DNA from: an uncultured Actinomycetota bacterium
GTDB taxonomy: Bacteria; Actinomycetota; Acidimicrobiia; Acidimicrobiales; SZUA-35
NCBI GenBank assembly: GCA_963732695.1
Contig: CAVTAP010000012.1
Span: forward strand, 95,601-159,600
Direction: 5' to 3'
DNA: 64,000 nt
The position numbers and the translations under genes were made by a program. Positions 8,711 through 17,510 of the stretch are shown in pieces. The number at the start of each line of letters is the position of its first letter. Positions within the stretch are counted from its first letter, which is position 1. A model generated the notes under the pieces. That model did no database searches, was not told the origin of the DNA, and saw only the letters and a program-made list of their open reading frames with translations.

Positions 8711-9739
8711 CTAGCGGATGTGCGGTGCGACCTCGGTGCCGAACCGCTCGATGGTGGCCATCAGCCGGTCGGCGGGCATGCCGCCCAGGTCGAACATGAA
8801 GGCGAACCGGCTGATCGGGAGGGGCACGGCGGCCTGCCACTGGCCCACCCGGTCGATCACCTCGGCCGGGCTGCCGCACAGCCCCGGGCCGGCCAGCATC
8901 TGGTCGTAGTCGAACGGGAGCTTGCGGGCCCGCGGCGTGTAGGCCACCACCACGTCCTGCACCCAGTTCCAGTACTGGCTGTAGTGGGGCTCGAAGGCGG
9001 CCCGGGCCGCCTGGGTTGTCACGTCGACGTGGCAGTGGCAGATCGCCCCCAGCCGGGGCTCGCCGGCATGGCCGGCCTCGGCCCAGGCCTGGCGGTAGGC
9101 CTCGATGTGGGGGGCGAAGCCGTCGGGTGGGGCGAACACGCTGGGCAGCATCAGGGGCAGGCCCATCTTCCCGGCCAACGTGGGGGTCTCGGCGTTGAGG
9201 CCGCCGCCCAGCCACACCGGGATCGGCCGGATGGGCCGGGGCCGGCTGGTGAAGCTGTCGAGCGGAGCCCGCAGCGGGCCCGGATGGCTGACGTTCTCCT
9301 CCCGCAGGAGGCGCACCAGCAGCCCGACGTGCTCGTTGTACAACGCCCGGCTCTGCCTCGGATCCTGGCCCAGGTACTCGAAGGTACGGGCGTACAGGCT
9401 GCCCCGACCGGCCACGATCTCGGCCCGGCCGCCCGACAGGGCGTCGACCGTGGCGTAGTCTTCCGCCACCCGCACCGGGTCGAGGTTGGCCACCAGCGTC
9501 ACCCCGGTGGACAGGGTGAGGCTGGAGGTGCGCTCGCCGATGGCGGCCAGCACCACCGCCGGGGCCGACAGCTGGTAGCCGCTGCCGTGGTGCTCGCCCA
9601 GGTGGATCGCATCGAAGCCGACCTGCTCGGCCAGCACCGCCTGGTCCACCAGCGACCGGTGCCGTTCGGCGTCGGTACCGCAGCGGCCAGTGGCCGGATC
9701 CGGCAAGAGGTCGCCCAGAGAGGCCAGTCCGATCTCCAT
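8711..9739 (-). CDS. LLM class flavin-dependent oxidoreductase
   Basis: GEHH, PVRVAEDYATVD.LSGGR; TAGCGT 7 nt before ATG 9739. Confidence 0.9.
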   Translation of the reverse strand: MEIGLASLGDLLPDPATGRCGTDAERHRSLVDQAVLAEQVGFDAIHLGEHHGSGYQLSAPAVVLAAIGERTSSLTLSTGVTLVANLDPVRVAEDYATVDALSGGRAEIVAGRGSLYARTFEYLGQDPRQSRALYNEHVGLLVRLLREENVSHPGPLRAPLDSFTSRPRPIRPIPVWLGGGLNAETPTLAGKMGLPLMLPSVFAPPDGFAPHIEAYRQAWAEAGHAGEPRLGAICHCHVDVTTQAARAAFEPHYSQYWNWVQDVVVAYTPRARKLPFDYDQMLAGPGLCGSPAEVIDRVGQWQAAVPLPISRFAFMFDLGGMPADRLMATIERFGTEVAPHIR

Positions 9740-9862
9740 GGGCCGCACGCTACAGCGGGGCCGCCGGCGGGGCGAACGCCGGCCCGGGCGCCCCCTGTCG
9801 CCGGACGCGGCGAAGCCGCCGGCAGGGAGGGGCCCCTACCGGCGGTTCCTGCGCTCCCTCCC

Positions 9863-10480
9863 TCAGTCGTCGCTGCCGTGACCACCGTGGCCGCTCTCGC
9901 CGCCCTTGTCGTCGTTGGCATCGTGGCCGGCGCCGTCGTCGCTGCCGTGGCCACCGCTCTGGCCGCTCTGGCCGCCCTTGTCGTCGTTGACGTCGTGGTT
10001 GGGGCCGTCGTCGCTGCCGTGGCCACCGCTCTGGCCGCCCTTGTCGTCGTTGATGTCGTGGTTGGGGCCGTCGTCGGAGCTGTCGTGGCCACCGCTCTGG
10101 CCGCCCTTGTCGTCATTGATGTCGTGGAGGGGGCCGTCGTCGGAGCTGTCGTGGCTGCGGAGGCCGCCCTTGTCGTCGTTGATGTCGTGGAGGGGGCCGT
10201 CGTCGGAGACGCCGTCGCCCCGCAGGCCGCCCTTGTCGTCCATGGTGATGCTGGTGGACGAGCTGTCGTCGCCCCGCAGGCCGCCCTTGTCGTCGATCGT
10301 GGTGCTGGTGGAGCCGTTGCTGTTGTCGTCGGTCGACTGGGTCTTGACCTCGGCTCCGGAGCCGATGCCGAGCACCTGGCCGGTGGTCACGGCGGCGCCG
10401 GCCATACCGGCGAAGAGGACGACGGCGGCGCCGACCTGGATGGCACCGATGGTGAGCTTCTTGCGGGGGATCATGGTCAT
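9863..10480 (-). CDS. Secreted Asp/Gly/His-rich repeat protein (7x DDKGG)
   Basis: GGAG RBS; basic N-terminus plus hydrophobic signal; repeats SDDGPxHDINDDKGG. Confidence 0.8.
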   Translation of the reverse strand: MTMIPRKKLTIGAIQVGAAVVLFAGMAGAAVTTGQVLGIGSGAEVKTQSTDDNSNGSTSTTIDDKGGLRGDDSSSTSITMDDKGGLRGDGVSDDGPLHDINDDKGGLRSHDSSDDGPLHDINDDKGGQSGGHDSSDDGPNHDINDDKGGQSGGHGSDDGPNHDVNDDKGGQSGQSGGHGSDDGAGHDANDDKGGESGHGGHGSDD

Positions 10481-10727
10481 GTTCTCCGTTCGGGGACTTC
10501 GAGAGGATGGGTTCATCGTGCGCCCCGGCCTCCCAAGCCGACCCCTGGCGAAGGTGAAGCGATGGCTAAATGCGGCGTGGCCGCCCAACCGGCGGATCCC
10601 GGCACGAAAGGGGACGAAGGGCCCGGGTTGGCGCCGGGAGAATTGACTACCTTCAGAGGCGAAGAGACCGGCCTGTGGGCGCACATGGGGGCCGGCCACC
10701 ACAGACGCCACCTAGAGGAGGCTCCTG

Positions 10728-11390
10728 ATGACCACCACAACGGCGAACGGCACTGCCGCGCCCTCCGTCACCCTTGACACTGATAAGCCGGTCGCCGAGA
10801 CACCAATCCGGCTCACCCGCCACCGGCTGGATGTGATCCTGACCGGGGTCGGTGCCCTCACCACCGTGGTACTGCTGGTGGCGGGGGCCCTGCTCGTCTG
10901 GGGCTCCAGCTTCGCCGGCAACTACGTGACCGACGAGCTGGCGGCCCAGAACATCTCCTTCCCCGACCAGGCGGCGCTGGAGCAGCAGGGCCGTGACGAC
11001 CTGGTCCAGTACGCCGGCGAGCAGGTGACCACCGGGGCCCAGGCCGAGGCCTACGCCAGCTTCATCGCCGGCCACGTGGCGGCGGTGGCCGAGGGCGCCA
11101 CCTACGCCGATCTGGGCACGCCGGAGCGGGCGGCCCGGGCCGCCGTCACCGAGGCCGCCGGCAACGGGGCCCCGGCCGACGAGATCGCCGCCCTGCAGGC
11201 CAAGGCCGACACGATCAGCGAACAGCGGGAGACGATCTTCCGGGGTGAGATGCTGCGGGGTGCGCTGCTCAACACCTACGCCTGGTCCACCGTCGGTCGG
11301 ATCGCCGGGCTGGCCGCCATCGCCGCCTTCATCACCGGGGCCGTGATGGCCCTGCTCACCGTGGCCGGTGCCCTCCACACCAAGCGCTGA
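10728..11390 (+). CDS. Conserved actinobacterial two-TM membrane protein, function unknown
   Basis: GAGGAGG RBS; N- and C-terminal TM helices; ETIFRGEMLRGALLNTY. Confidence 0.8.
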   Translation: MTTTTANGTAAPSVTLDTDKPVAETPIRLTRHRLDVILTGVGALTTVVLLVAGALLVWGSSFAGNYVTDELAAQNISFPDQAALEQQGRDDLVQYAGEQVTTGAQAEAYASFIAGHVAAVAEGATYADLGTPERAARAAVTEAAGNGAPADEIAALQAKADTISEQRETIFRGEMLRGALLNTYAWSTVGRIAGLAAIAAFITGAVMALLTVAGALHTKR

Positions 11391-11412
11391 GCCTCAACCG
11401 ACAGAACGAGCT

Positions 11413-11460
11413 CCGGCCGTGCCGGATCGGTGCCCCTCCCACCGATCCCGGTGCGGCCGG
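11413..11460. terminator. GC-rich hairpin between convergent genes
   Basis: ccggccg..gatcggtg / caccgatc..cggccgg. Confidence 0.5.
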
Positions 11461-11479
11461 GCCGCGTCGCGGGTGTGGG

Positions 11480-11914
11480 TCAGGCCCAGCCCTTCGACAG
11501 CGGCACCCAGTGGTAGACCTTGAAGTCCCGGCGGGAGAAGAGCCACCGGCCGTCGACCTTGCGGTACCGGTCGAAGTAGTGGCCGGCCACGGTGTAGGCC
11601 TCGCCCTTGTTGACCATGCGGATCTCCACCCCGCACCGCCCGGTGGCCTCGTCGCCGTCGACCTCGATCACGTGGTTCTGGATGAACGGCTTGGGGCTCA
11701 CCCCGTCGGCGGCGCCGGTGTACATCACCCGGAGCTGGTCGGTGCCGGCGAACTCCCGGTCCCGCATGGTGAACACGCCGTCGCTGGTGAACATGGCGAC
11801 GATGGTCTCGGCCTCACCCTCGGCCACGGCCAGGCAGTAGCGGGCCGTCAGCTCCCGGATCTCGTCCTTGGCCTCCAGCACGGCCAGTCGTTGCTCGATG
11901 GTGGCGTCGGCCAT
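11480..11914 (-). CDS. SnoaL-like / NTF2 family protein
   Basis: EIRELTARYC, GHYFDRYRKVDGRW. Confidence 0.88.
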   Translation of the reverse strand: MADATIEQRLAVLEAKDEIRELTARYCLAVAEGEAETIVAMFTSDGVFTMRDREFAGTDQLRVMYTGAADGVSPKPFIQNHVIEVDGDEATGRCGVEIRMVNKGEAYTVAGHYFDRYRKVDGRWLFSRRDFKVYHWVPLSKGWA

Positions 11915-12009
11915 GGTGTTCCCCCTGAGTAGTCCGGCGTGCCGCCGACCGGGCGGCGTGCCGGCGAGCGTAGCTCCCGGCTCACCGGCCGGTCATCCTG
12001 CGCCGGCGG

Positions 12010-12243
12010 TCATCCTTGCCCCGACACCTCGAGCGAGCCTGCGATCTCGTCGAGCAGGTCGAGCCACGCCTGGCCCCACGGCTCGCCCGCCATCTCCAAG
12101 GCCAGCACCACGAACACCCCGCTCGACGCCGGCACGTAGTAGTAGCGGCTCTCGGTGCGCCCCTCCGCCGACCGCCAATGGCCGCGCATGTTGCCGTCGG
12201 GGGCCGGCCGTTGGGTGACCCACCAGTCGGCCACCACGGCCAT
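12010..12243 (-). CDS. Small hypothetical protein or gene fragment
   Basis: 77-aa ORF with protein-like composition; in-frame stop just upstream, no RBS. Confidence 0.35.
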   Translation of the reverse strand: MAVVADWWVTQRPAPDGNMRGHWRSAEGRTESRYYYVPASSGVFVVLALEMAGEPWGQAWLDLLDEIAGSLEVSGQG

Positions 12244-12320
12244 GCCGGCCGACTACGACCAGTCGGTGCTCATCGGCATCGGCATGACCTACGGCACCTA
12301 TGTCGTCAACCCCTGCACCC

Positions 12321-12467
12321 CCTGATCCCGGATCCCCTGGTCCCGGATCGCCTGATCCCGGATCTCGGTGCGCAGAGCGCCGCCGGCGGTTTCTGGTGCA
12401 CCGAGATCCAGGGCGGCCGGATCTCGGTGCAGGGAACGCCACGGGCGGTTTCTGGTGCACCGAGATC
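12321..12467. repeat. 3x 15-bp tandem repeat followed by doublet of 48-bp REP-like hairpins
   Basis: cctgatcccggatcN-like x3 (12321-12365); perfect arms GATCTCGGTGC / GCACCGAGATC at 12361-12408 and 12420-12467. Confidence 0.85.
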
Positions 12468-12528
12468 TGGGGCGGGGGCGGCTCGAGCCGTCGGGGCTGG
12501 GGGGCGGGGGCTGAGGGCTGAGGGCTGG

Positions 12529-15500
12529 TCAGCGGCGGAGGATCGGGCCCCGGTACCCGGAGCGGAAACCGGCGGCCAGGAGGAGCTCGGTGACGTCGGG
12601 CCGCTCCCCGGCAGGGGCGCCGTCGACCTTGCGGATCTCGAGCGACCGGAGCTGGCCCGAGGTGACGAGCGAGGCCAGCCCCGCCACCCAGCTCGTGTCG
12701 TGAGCCGCCTCGGGGAACAGGGTGAGGCTGTGGCCGCCCCGCTCGAGGTAGACGAGCGGGCGACCGTGGCGCAGCACCACCTGGGCCCCGGCGGCCCGCG
12801 ACGGGCGTCCCGGGTTCTCGGGCCAGGCCAGCGCCGCCCCGTAGGGTTGGGCCGGGTCGCAGGCGGCCAGCACCAGCGGGGGCTCGGCGTCGGCGTCGGC
12901 GGGGTTCGAGCGCCACCCCGCCGCCCCGCCCCCGGCCGATGGTTCGTAGCCGTCGCCCCCGGCCCGTGGGGCGCTGTGGCGGTGGTCCCGCAGGCGGTCG
13001 ACGGCGCCAGGGAGAGCGAACTGGGCCGCCCCCAGGCCGGCCACGAAGTAGCCCCGACGCACCTGGCCCCGCTCCTCCATCTCTTTCAGCAGGGGGTAGA
13101 CGCCGGCGAAGCCGCCCTCGGCCCCTTCGGCCAGTGCCATCTCCCGGGTCAGCACCCCGTAACGTTCCAGCAGCTGCAGGGCCCGCACCGTGGCCGCCTC
13201 GGTGGATGACACGGCCGGGAGCCGTAGGGGGGCCACCGGGGCCCACCGTCCGGTGCCGGCCGGTGGGCCGAGCCGGGACAGGGCCCGGAGGGTCCGGCGG
13301 GGGCCGCCGGACCGGCTCGTGCGCCGGGCCCCACCGGAACGGGGGGCGCTGCCCACCGCCGCCGTGCCCGATACCAGGGCCCGCAGCGGCGTGAGGGAGT
13401 CGTTGGTGATCTCGCCCGCCCACACCAGGTCCCACAGGGCGGCCAGCACCGGCCCGTCGGCGTAGTCGCAGCCGGCGGCCTGGGCCGCCGCCACCAGCTC
13501 GGGCCAGAACGACGCCCCCCGCTCGGTCAGGTGGCACCGCAGCGCCTCGTGCAGATCGCCGCGGGGCGGGTCGGCCGGTTCGGGCACGAGGGCCGGGGCC
13601 TGGTCCCGCCACAGCAGGCGCACCCGTCCGTCGCCCGACCCCAGAGCCGACGCCCCCACCCACACGATCTCGCCCGCCGTGAGCAGTGTGTCGAGGTCGG
13701 CTGAGGTGTAGCCCGGCACCCGGGCCGGCAGGATCGACGTCTCCAGCATCGAGGCCGGCAGGGCCGCCCCCTGGAGGGTGGTGATCACGTCGGCCAGGGC
13801 GTCGATCGAGCCCCGGTTCGACCCCACGTGCTGCCACGCCGGCAGGAACCGGGCCAGCACCTCCGGGTCCACCGGCTCGACCTCGGACCGCAGGGCGGCC
13901 AGCGACCGGCGGCGCAGCACCCGCAGCACCTCGGCGTGGCACCACTCCCGCTCCACCCCGTCGGGCCGGAACTCGCCCCGCACCACCCGGCCCTGCCGCT
14001 CCAGCTCCTCCAGTGCCGCCCGGCACCGGCCCTCGTCGATCCCGAGCCCGTCGGCCACGGCGCCGGTGAGGAACGGCCCGTGGGTGCGGGCGAAGCGGGA
14101 CACCAGGTCCACCAGAGGCTCGGCCACCGGGTCGGTGAAGGCGGCGGGCAGGCCGGGGGGCAGGGCCACGCCCAGTGCGTCGCGCAGCCGTGCGGCATCG
14201 TCGGGGGCGGCCACCACCGGCCGCCCGGCGACCACCACCGGGATGGCCCGCCGCTGGTCGAGCAGGGCGGCCACCGCCCCGGGGGCGTCGAGTCCGTCGG
14301 GGCCATCGGCGCTGTCGAAGCGCTCGGCCACCTCGTCGGCCGTAAGGGGTCCGAGCCAGCGCAGTAGATCCTCCGCCCCCTCCACCGTGGAAGCCCGCCA
14401 GCCCTCGGCCGTGCGCTGCAGCTCGGCCTCCAGGGCGGCCAGCACCCCGGGGTCGAGCAGCTCCCGCAGCTCCTCCGCCCCCAGCAGGTCCCGCAGCAGC
14501 TCCCGGTCGAGCGACAGAGCGGCCGCCCGGCGCTCGGCCAGGGGGGCGTCGCCCTCGTACATGTACTGGGCGATCCAGCCGAACAGCAGCGACGTGGCGA
14601 ACGGCGACGCCGTCTGGGTGTCGACCGGCAGCACCCGGATCTTGCGGCTCCGCAGCTCGCCCAGCACCTGGCGGAGGGCGGGCACGTCGAACACGTCGTT
14701 CAGGCACTCCCGGCTCGTCTCCAACAGGATGGGGAAGCTCGGGTAGCGGGCGGCGACGCCCAGCAGGTCGGCCGCCTTCTGGCGTTGCTGCCACAGCGGG
14801 GTGCGGCGGTCGGGCCGGCGGCGGGGGAGGAGCAGGGCCCGGGCGGCGCACTCCCGGAACCGGGCGGCGAACATGGCCGTGCCCGGCAGCTGGGCCAGCA
14901 GGAGGTCGCCCAGCTCCTCGGGGTCGATCAGGAGCTCCTCGATGGGGAACTGGTCGACCGCTTCGGGCAGGCGGATCACGATCCCGTCGTCGCTCCACAT
15001 GAGCTCCACGTCGAAGCCCCACCGCTCGGCCAGGCGGTGCTGCAGGGCCATGCCCCACGGGGCGTGCACCTGGGCCCCGAACGGGCTGAGTATGCAGACC
15101 CGCCAGTCGCCGATCTCGTCGGGGAAGCGCTCCACGATGATCGTACGGTCGTCGGGCGGGCGGCCGGTGGCCTCGGCCTGTTCGGCCAGGAACTGGAGCA
15201 GGTTCGCCGCCGCCAGCTCGTCGAGCCCGTGCCGTTCGTGCAGGCGTGTCAGTGCCGCCGCCGGTTCGGCGGCCATGATCTCCCGGGTGAACGCCCCCAC
15301 CGCCCGGCCCAGCTCGAGGGGCCGGCCGGGGCCGTCGCCGTGCCAGAACGGCATCTTGCCCGGCAGCCCGGGGGCGGGGGTGACGATCACCCGGTCGTGC
15401 GTGATGTCTTCGATGCGCCAGGTGCTCGCCCCCAGCAGGAACGTCTCGCCCGGGCGGGACTCGTACACCATCTCCTCGTCGAGCTCGCCCACCCGGGCCC

Positions 15501-17208
15501 CGTCGGGAAGGAACACGCCGTACAGGCCCCGGTCGGGGATGGTGCCGCCGCTGGTGACGGCGAGCCGCTGGGCCCCGGGCCGGCCCCGCACCACACCCTC
15601 CACCCGGTCCCAGATGACGCGGGGCCGCAGCTCGGCGAACTCGTCGGACGGGTAGCGGCCGGCCAGTAGATCGAGGGTGGCCATCAGGGCGTCGTCCGAC
15701 AGGTCGGCGAAGTTGGCCGCTCCCCGCATCAGGCGGGCGAGGTCGTCCACCGGCCAGTCGTCCATGGCGCAGGCGGCCACGATCTGCTGGGCCAGCACGT
15801 CGAGCGGGTTGCGGGGGTAGCGGGTCTCCTCGATCAGGCCTTGTTGCATACGGTCGACCACCACCGCCGCCTCCAGCAGATCGGCCCGGTGCTTGGGGAA
15901 CACCTTGCCCACGCTGGGGGCGCCCACCTGGTGGCCGGCCCGGCCCACCCGCTGCAGGCCCCGGCTCACCGCCCCCGGCGACTCCACCTGGATCACCAGG
16001 TCGACCGCTCCCATGTCGATCCCGAGCTCCAGCGACGACGTGGCCACCAGGCCCTTCAGATCGCCCGACTTGAGCCGGTCTTCGATGATCAGGCGCTGCT
16101 CCCGGCTCAGGGACCCGTGGTGGGCCATGACCAGCTCGTGGCCGCTACCGGTGGGAGGCGGACGGCCCTCGGCCTCGGCCGCCCGGTTCTCTCCGTCGAC
16201 CGCCAGCTCGTTGAGCCGGGTGGCCAGGCGCTCGGCCAGGCGGCGGGCGTTGACGAACACGATGGTGGAGCGGTGGGCCTCGATCAGCTCCAGTAGCCGG
16301 GGGTGCATGGCGGGCCAGATGCTGCGCCGGGGCGGGGCCCCGGCGGCGGGGCCCGACACCGGCTCGTCGATCACCTCGCCCAGGCGGGCCATGTCGTCGA
16401 CCGGGACCACCACCTCCAGGTCGAGCGCCTTGCGCACCCCGGTGTCGACGATCGTGACCGGCCGGGGCCGCGTGCTCCCGTTATGACCGGCCGGCTCGTA
16501 GCCGCCGAGGAAGCGGGCGATCTCCTCCAGCGGGCGCTGGGTGGCCGACAGCCCGATGCGCTGGGGCGGCCGATCGGTCACCCGTTCCAGGCGTTCCAGG
16601 CTGAGCGCCAGGTGGGCACCCCGCTTCGTGGCGGCCAGGGCGTGGATCTCGTCGATGATCACGGTCTCCACCCCGGCCAGGGTCTCCCGGGCCCGGGAGG
16701 TGAGCATCAGGTACAGCGACTCGGGGGTGGTGATGAGCAGGTCGGCCGGGTTGGTGGTGAGCTGGCGGCGCACGTCGGCCGGGGTGTCGCCGGTGCGCAG
16801 CGCCACCCGGGGCTCGTGGAACGGCTCCCCCAGCCGCTCGGCCGCCAGCCGTACCCCCTGGAGCGGTGCCCGCAGGTTCTTCTCCACGTCCACCGCCAGC
16901 GCCCGTAGGGGCGAGATGTACACGATCCGGGTGCGGTGGGTCTTGGCCTCGGGGCGGGGGCGGGTGGTGAGCTGGTCGAGCCCCCAGAAGAAGGCGGTGA
17001 GCGTCTTGCCCGACCCGGTGGGGGCCAGGATGAGCGTGTGGTCGCCAGCGGCGATGCGGGGCCAGCCCTCCACCTGGGGGGCCGTCGGCTCGGGGAAGGT
17101 GGTGGCGAACCACTCGGCCGCCGCCGGGCTGAAGCCGCTGAGCACCGGGCTGCGCCCGTTCAGGGCGGCCGACCGCAACCGCTGCTGGGAACGTGGCGAG
17201 CCCGTCAT
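12529..17208 (-). CDS. lhr: Lhr ATP-dependent helicase (long form)
   Basis: APTGSGKT, DEIH, SAT, ATSSLELGID, QRVGRAGH; TAGGCT 6 nt before ATG supports a leaderless start. Confidence 0.95.
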   Translation of the reverse strand: MTGSPRSQQRLRSAALNGRSPVLSGFSPAAAEWFATTFPEPTAPQVEGWPRIAAGDHTLILAPTGSGKTLTAFFWGLDQLTTRPRPEAKTHRTRIVYISPLRALAVDVEKNLRAPLQGVRLAAERLGEPFHEPRVALRTGDTPADVRRQLTTNPADLLITTPESLYLMLTSRARETLAGVETVIIDEIHALAATKRGAHLALSLERLERVTDRPPQRIGLSATQRPLEEIARFLGGYEPAGHNGSTRPRPVTIVDTGVRKALDLEVVVPVDDMARLGEVIDEPVSGPAAGAPPRRSIWPAMHPRLLELIEAHRSTIVFVNARRLAERLATRLNELAVDGENRAAEAEGRPPPTGSGHELVMAHHGSLSREQRLIIEDRLKSGDLKGLVATSSLELGIDMGAVDLVIQVESPGAVSRGLQRVGRAGHQVGAPSVGKVFPKHRADLLEAAVVVDRMQQGLIEETRYPRNPLDVLAQQIVAACAMDDWPVDDLARLMRGAANFADLSDDALMATLDLLAGRYPSDEFAELRPRVIWDRVEGVVRGRPGAQRLAVTSGGTIPDRGLYGVFLPDGARVGELDEEMVYESRPGETFLLGASTWRIEDITHDRVIVTPAPGLPGKMPFWHGDGPGRPLELGRAVGAFTREIMAAEPAAALTRLHERHGLDELAAANLLQFLAEQAEATGRPPDDRTIIVERFPDEIGDWRVCILSPFGAQVHAPWGMALQHRLAERWGFDVELMWSDDGIVIRLPEAVDQFPIEELLIDPEELGDLLLAQLPGTAMFAARFRECAARALLLPRRRPDRRTPLWQQRQKAADLLGVAARYPSFPILLETSRECLNDVFDVPALRQVLGELRSRKIRVLPVDTQTASPFATSLLFGWIAQYMYEGDAPLAERRAAALSLDRELLRDLLGAEELRELLDPGVLAALEAELQRTAEGWRASTVEGAEDLLRWLGPLTADEVAERFDSADGPDGLDAPGAVAALLDQRRAIPVVVAGRPVVAAPDDAARLRDALGVALPPGLPAAFTDPVAEPLVDLVSRFARTHGPFLTGAVADGLGIDEGRCRAALEELERQGRVVRGEFRPDGVEREWCHAEVLRVLRRRSLAALRSEVEPVDPEVLARFLPAWQHVGSNRGSIDALADVITTLQGAALPASMLETSILPARVPGYTSADLDTLLTAGEIVWVGASALGSGDGRVRLLWRDQAPALVPEPADPPRGDLHEALRCHLTERGASFWPELVAAAQAAGCDYADGPVLAALWDLVWAGEITNDSLTPLRALVSGTAAVGSAPRSGGARRTSRSGGPRRTLRALSRLGPPAGTGRWAPVAPLRLPAVSSTEAATVRALQLLERYGVLTREMALAEGAEGGFAGVYPLLKEMEERGQVRRGYFVAGLGAAQFALPGAVDRLRDHRHSAPRAGGDGYEPSAGGGAAGWRSNPADADAEPPLVLAACDPAQPYGAALAWPENPGRPSRAAGAQVVLRHGRPLVYLERGGHSLTLFPEAAHDTSWVAGLASLVTSGQLRSLEIRKVDGAPAGERPDVTELLLAAGFRSGYRGPILRR

Positions 17209-17284
17209 GGGACCAGCCTACGTAGGGGCTGTGACACTGGACGGACCCGGCGGGCGGCACTGCCGCTTGGCGGCACGACGCCGG

Positions 17285-17331
17285 AAACGACAAGACCCGC
17301 CACCGGGTGCGGGCTGGTGGCGGGCCTGTCG
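17285..17331 (-). terminator. Intrinsic-terminator-like hairpin
   Basis: Arms 17288-17304 / 17316-17331, followed by a short T run on the minus strand. Confidence 0.5.
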
Positions 17332-17364
17332 GGCTCTGGTTCCATTCTGCCGCGGGCTATCGGA

Positions 17365-17416
17365 CAGATGCGTCCAGTGGTCGCAGTATGAGTTGTGCGA
17401 CGACTGGACGCAACTG
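17365..17416. promoter_or_regulatory. 21-bp inverted repeat (operator or hairpin)
   Basis: cagatgcgtccagtggtcgca-N10-tgcgacgactggacgcaactg, 2 mismatches. Confidence 0.55.
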
Positions 17417-17510
17417 TTTTCTACGACTGTTCCTGGTCGGCCCGGTTTGAGGCGTTTGTACCAGCCAGAAACGCCCCCCGTGGCCGCATGGACACGGCAC
17501 ACTGTTGTGT

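Noticed and set aside
9863-10300. DNA repeats resembling a CRISPR array or RiPP precursor
   Set aside because: Repeats are in-frame coding with related rather than unique spacers; no cas genes or RiPP-modifying enzymes nearby.
12361-12467. Mini-CRISPR interpretation of repeat-spacer pattern
   Set aside because: Arms are inverted, interiors are similar to each other, only two units, no cas genes.
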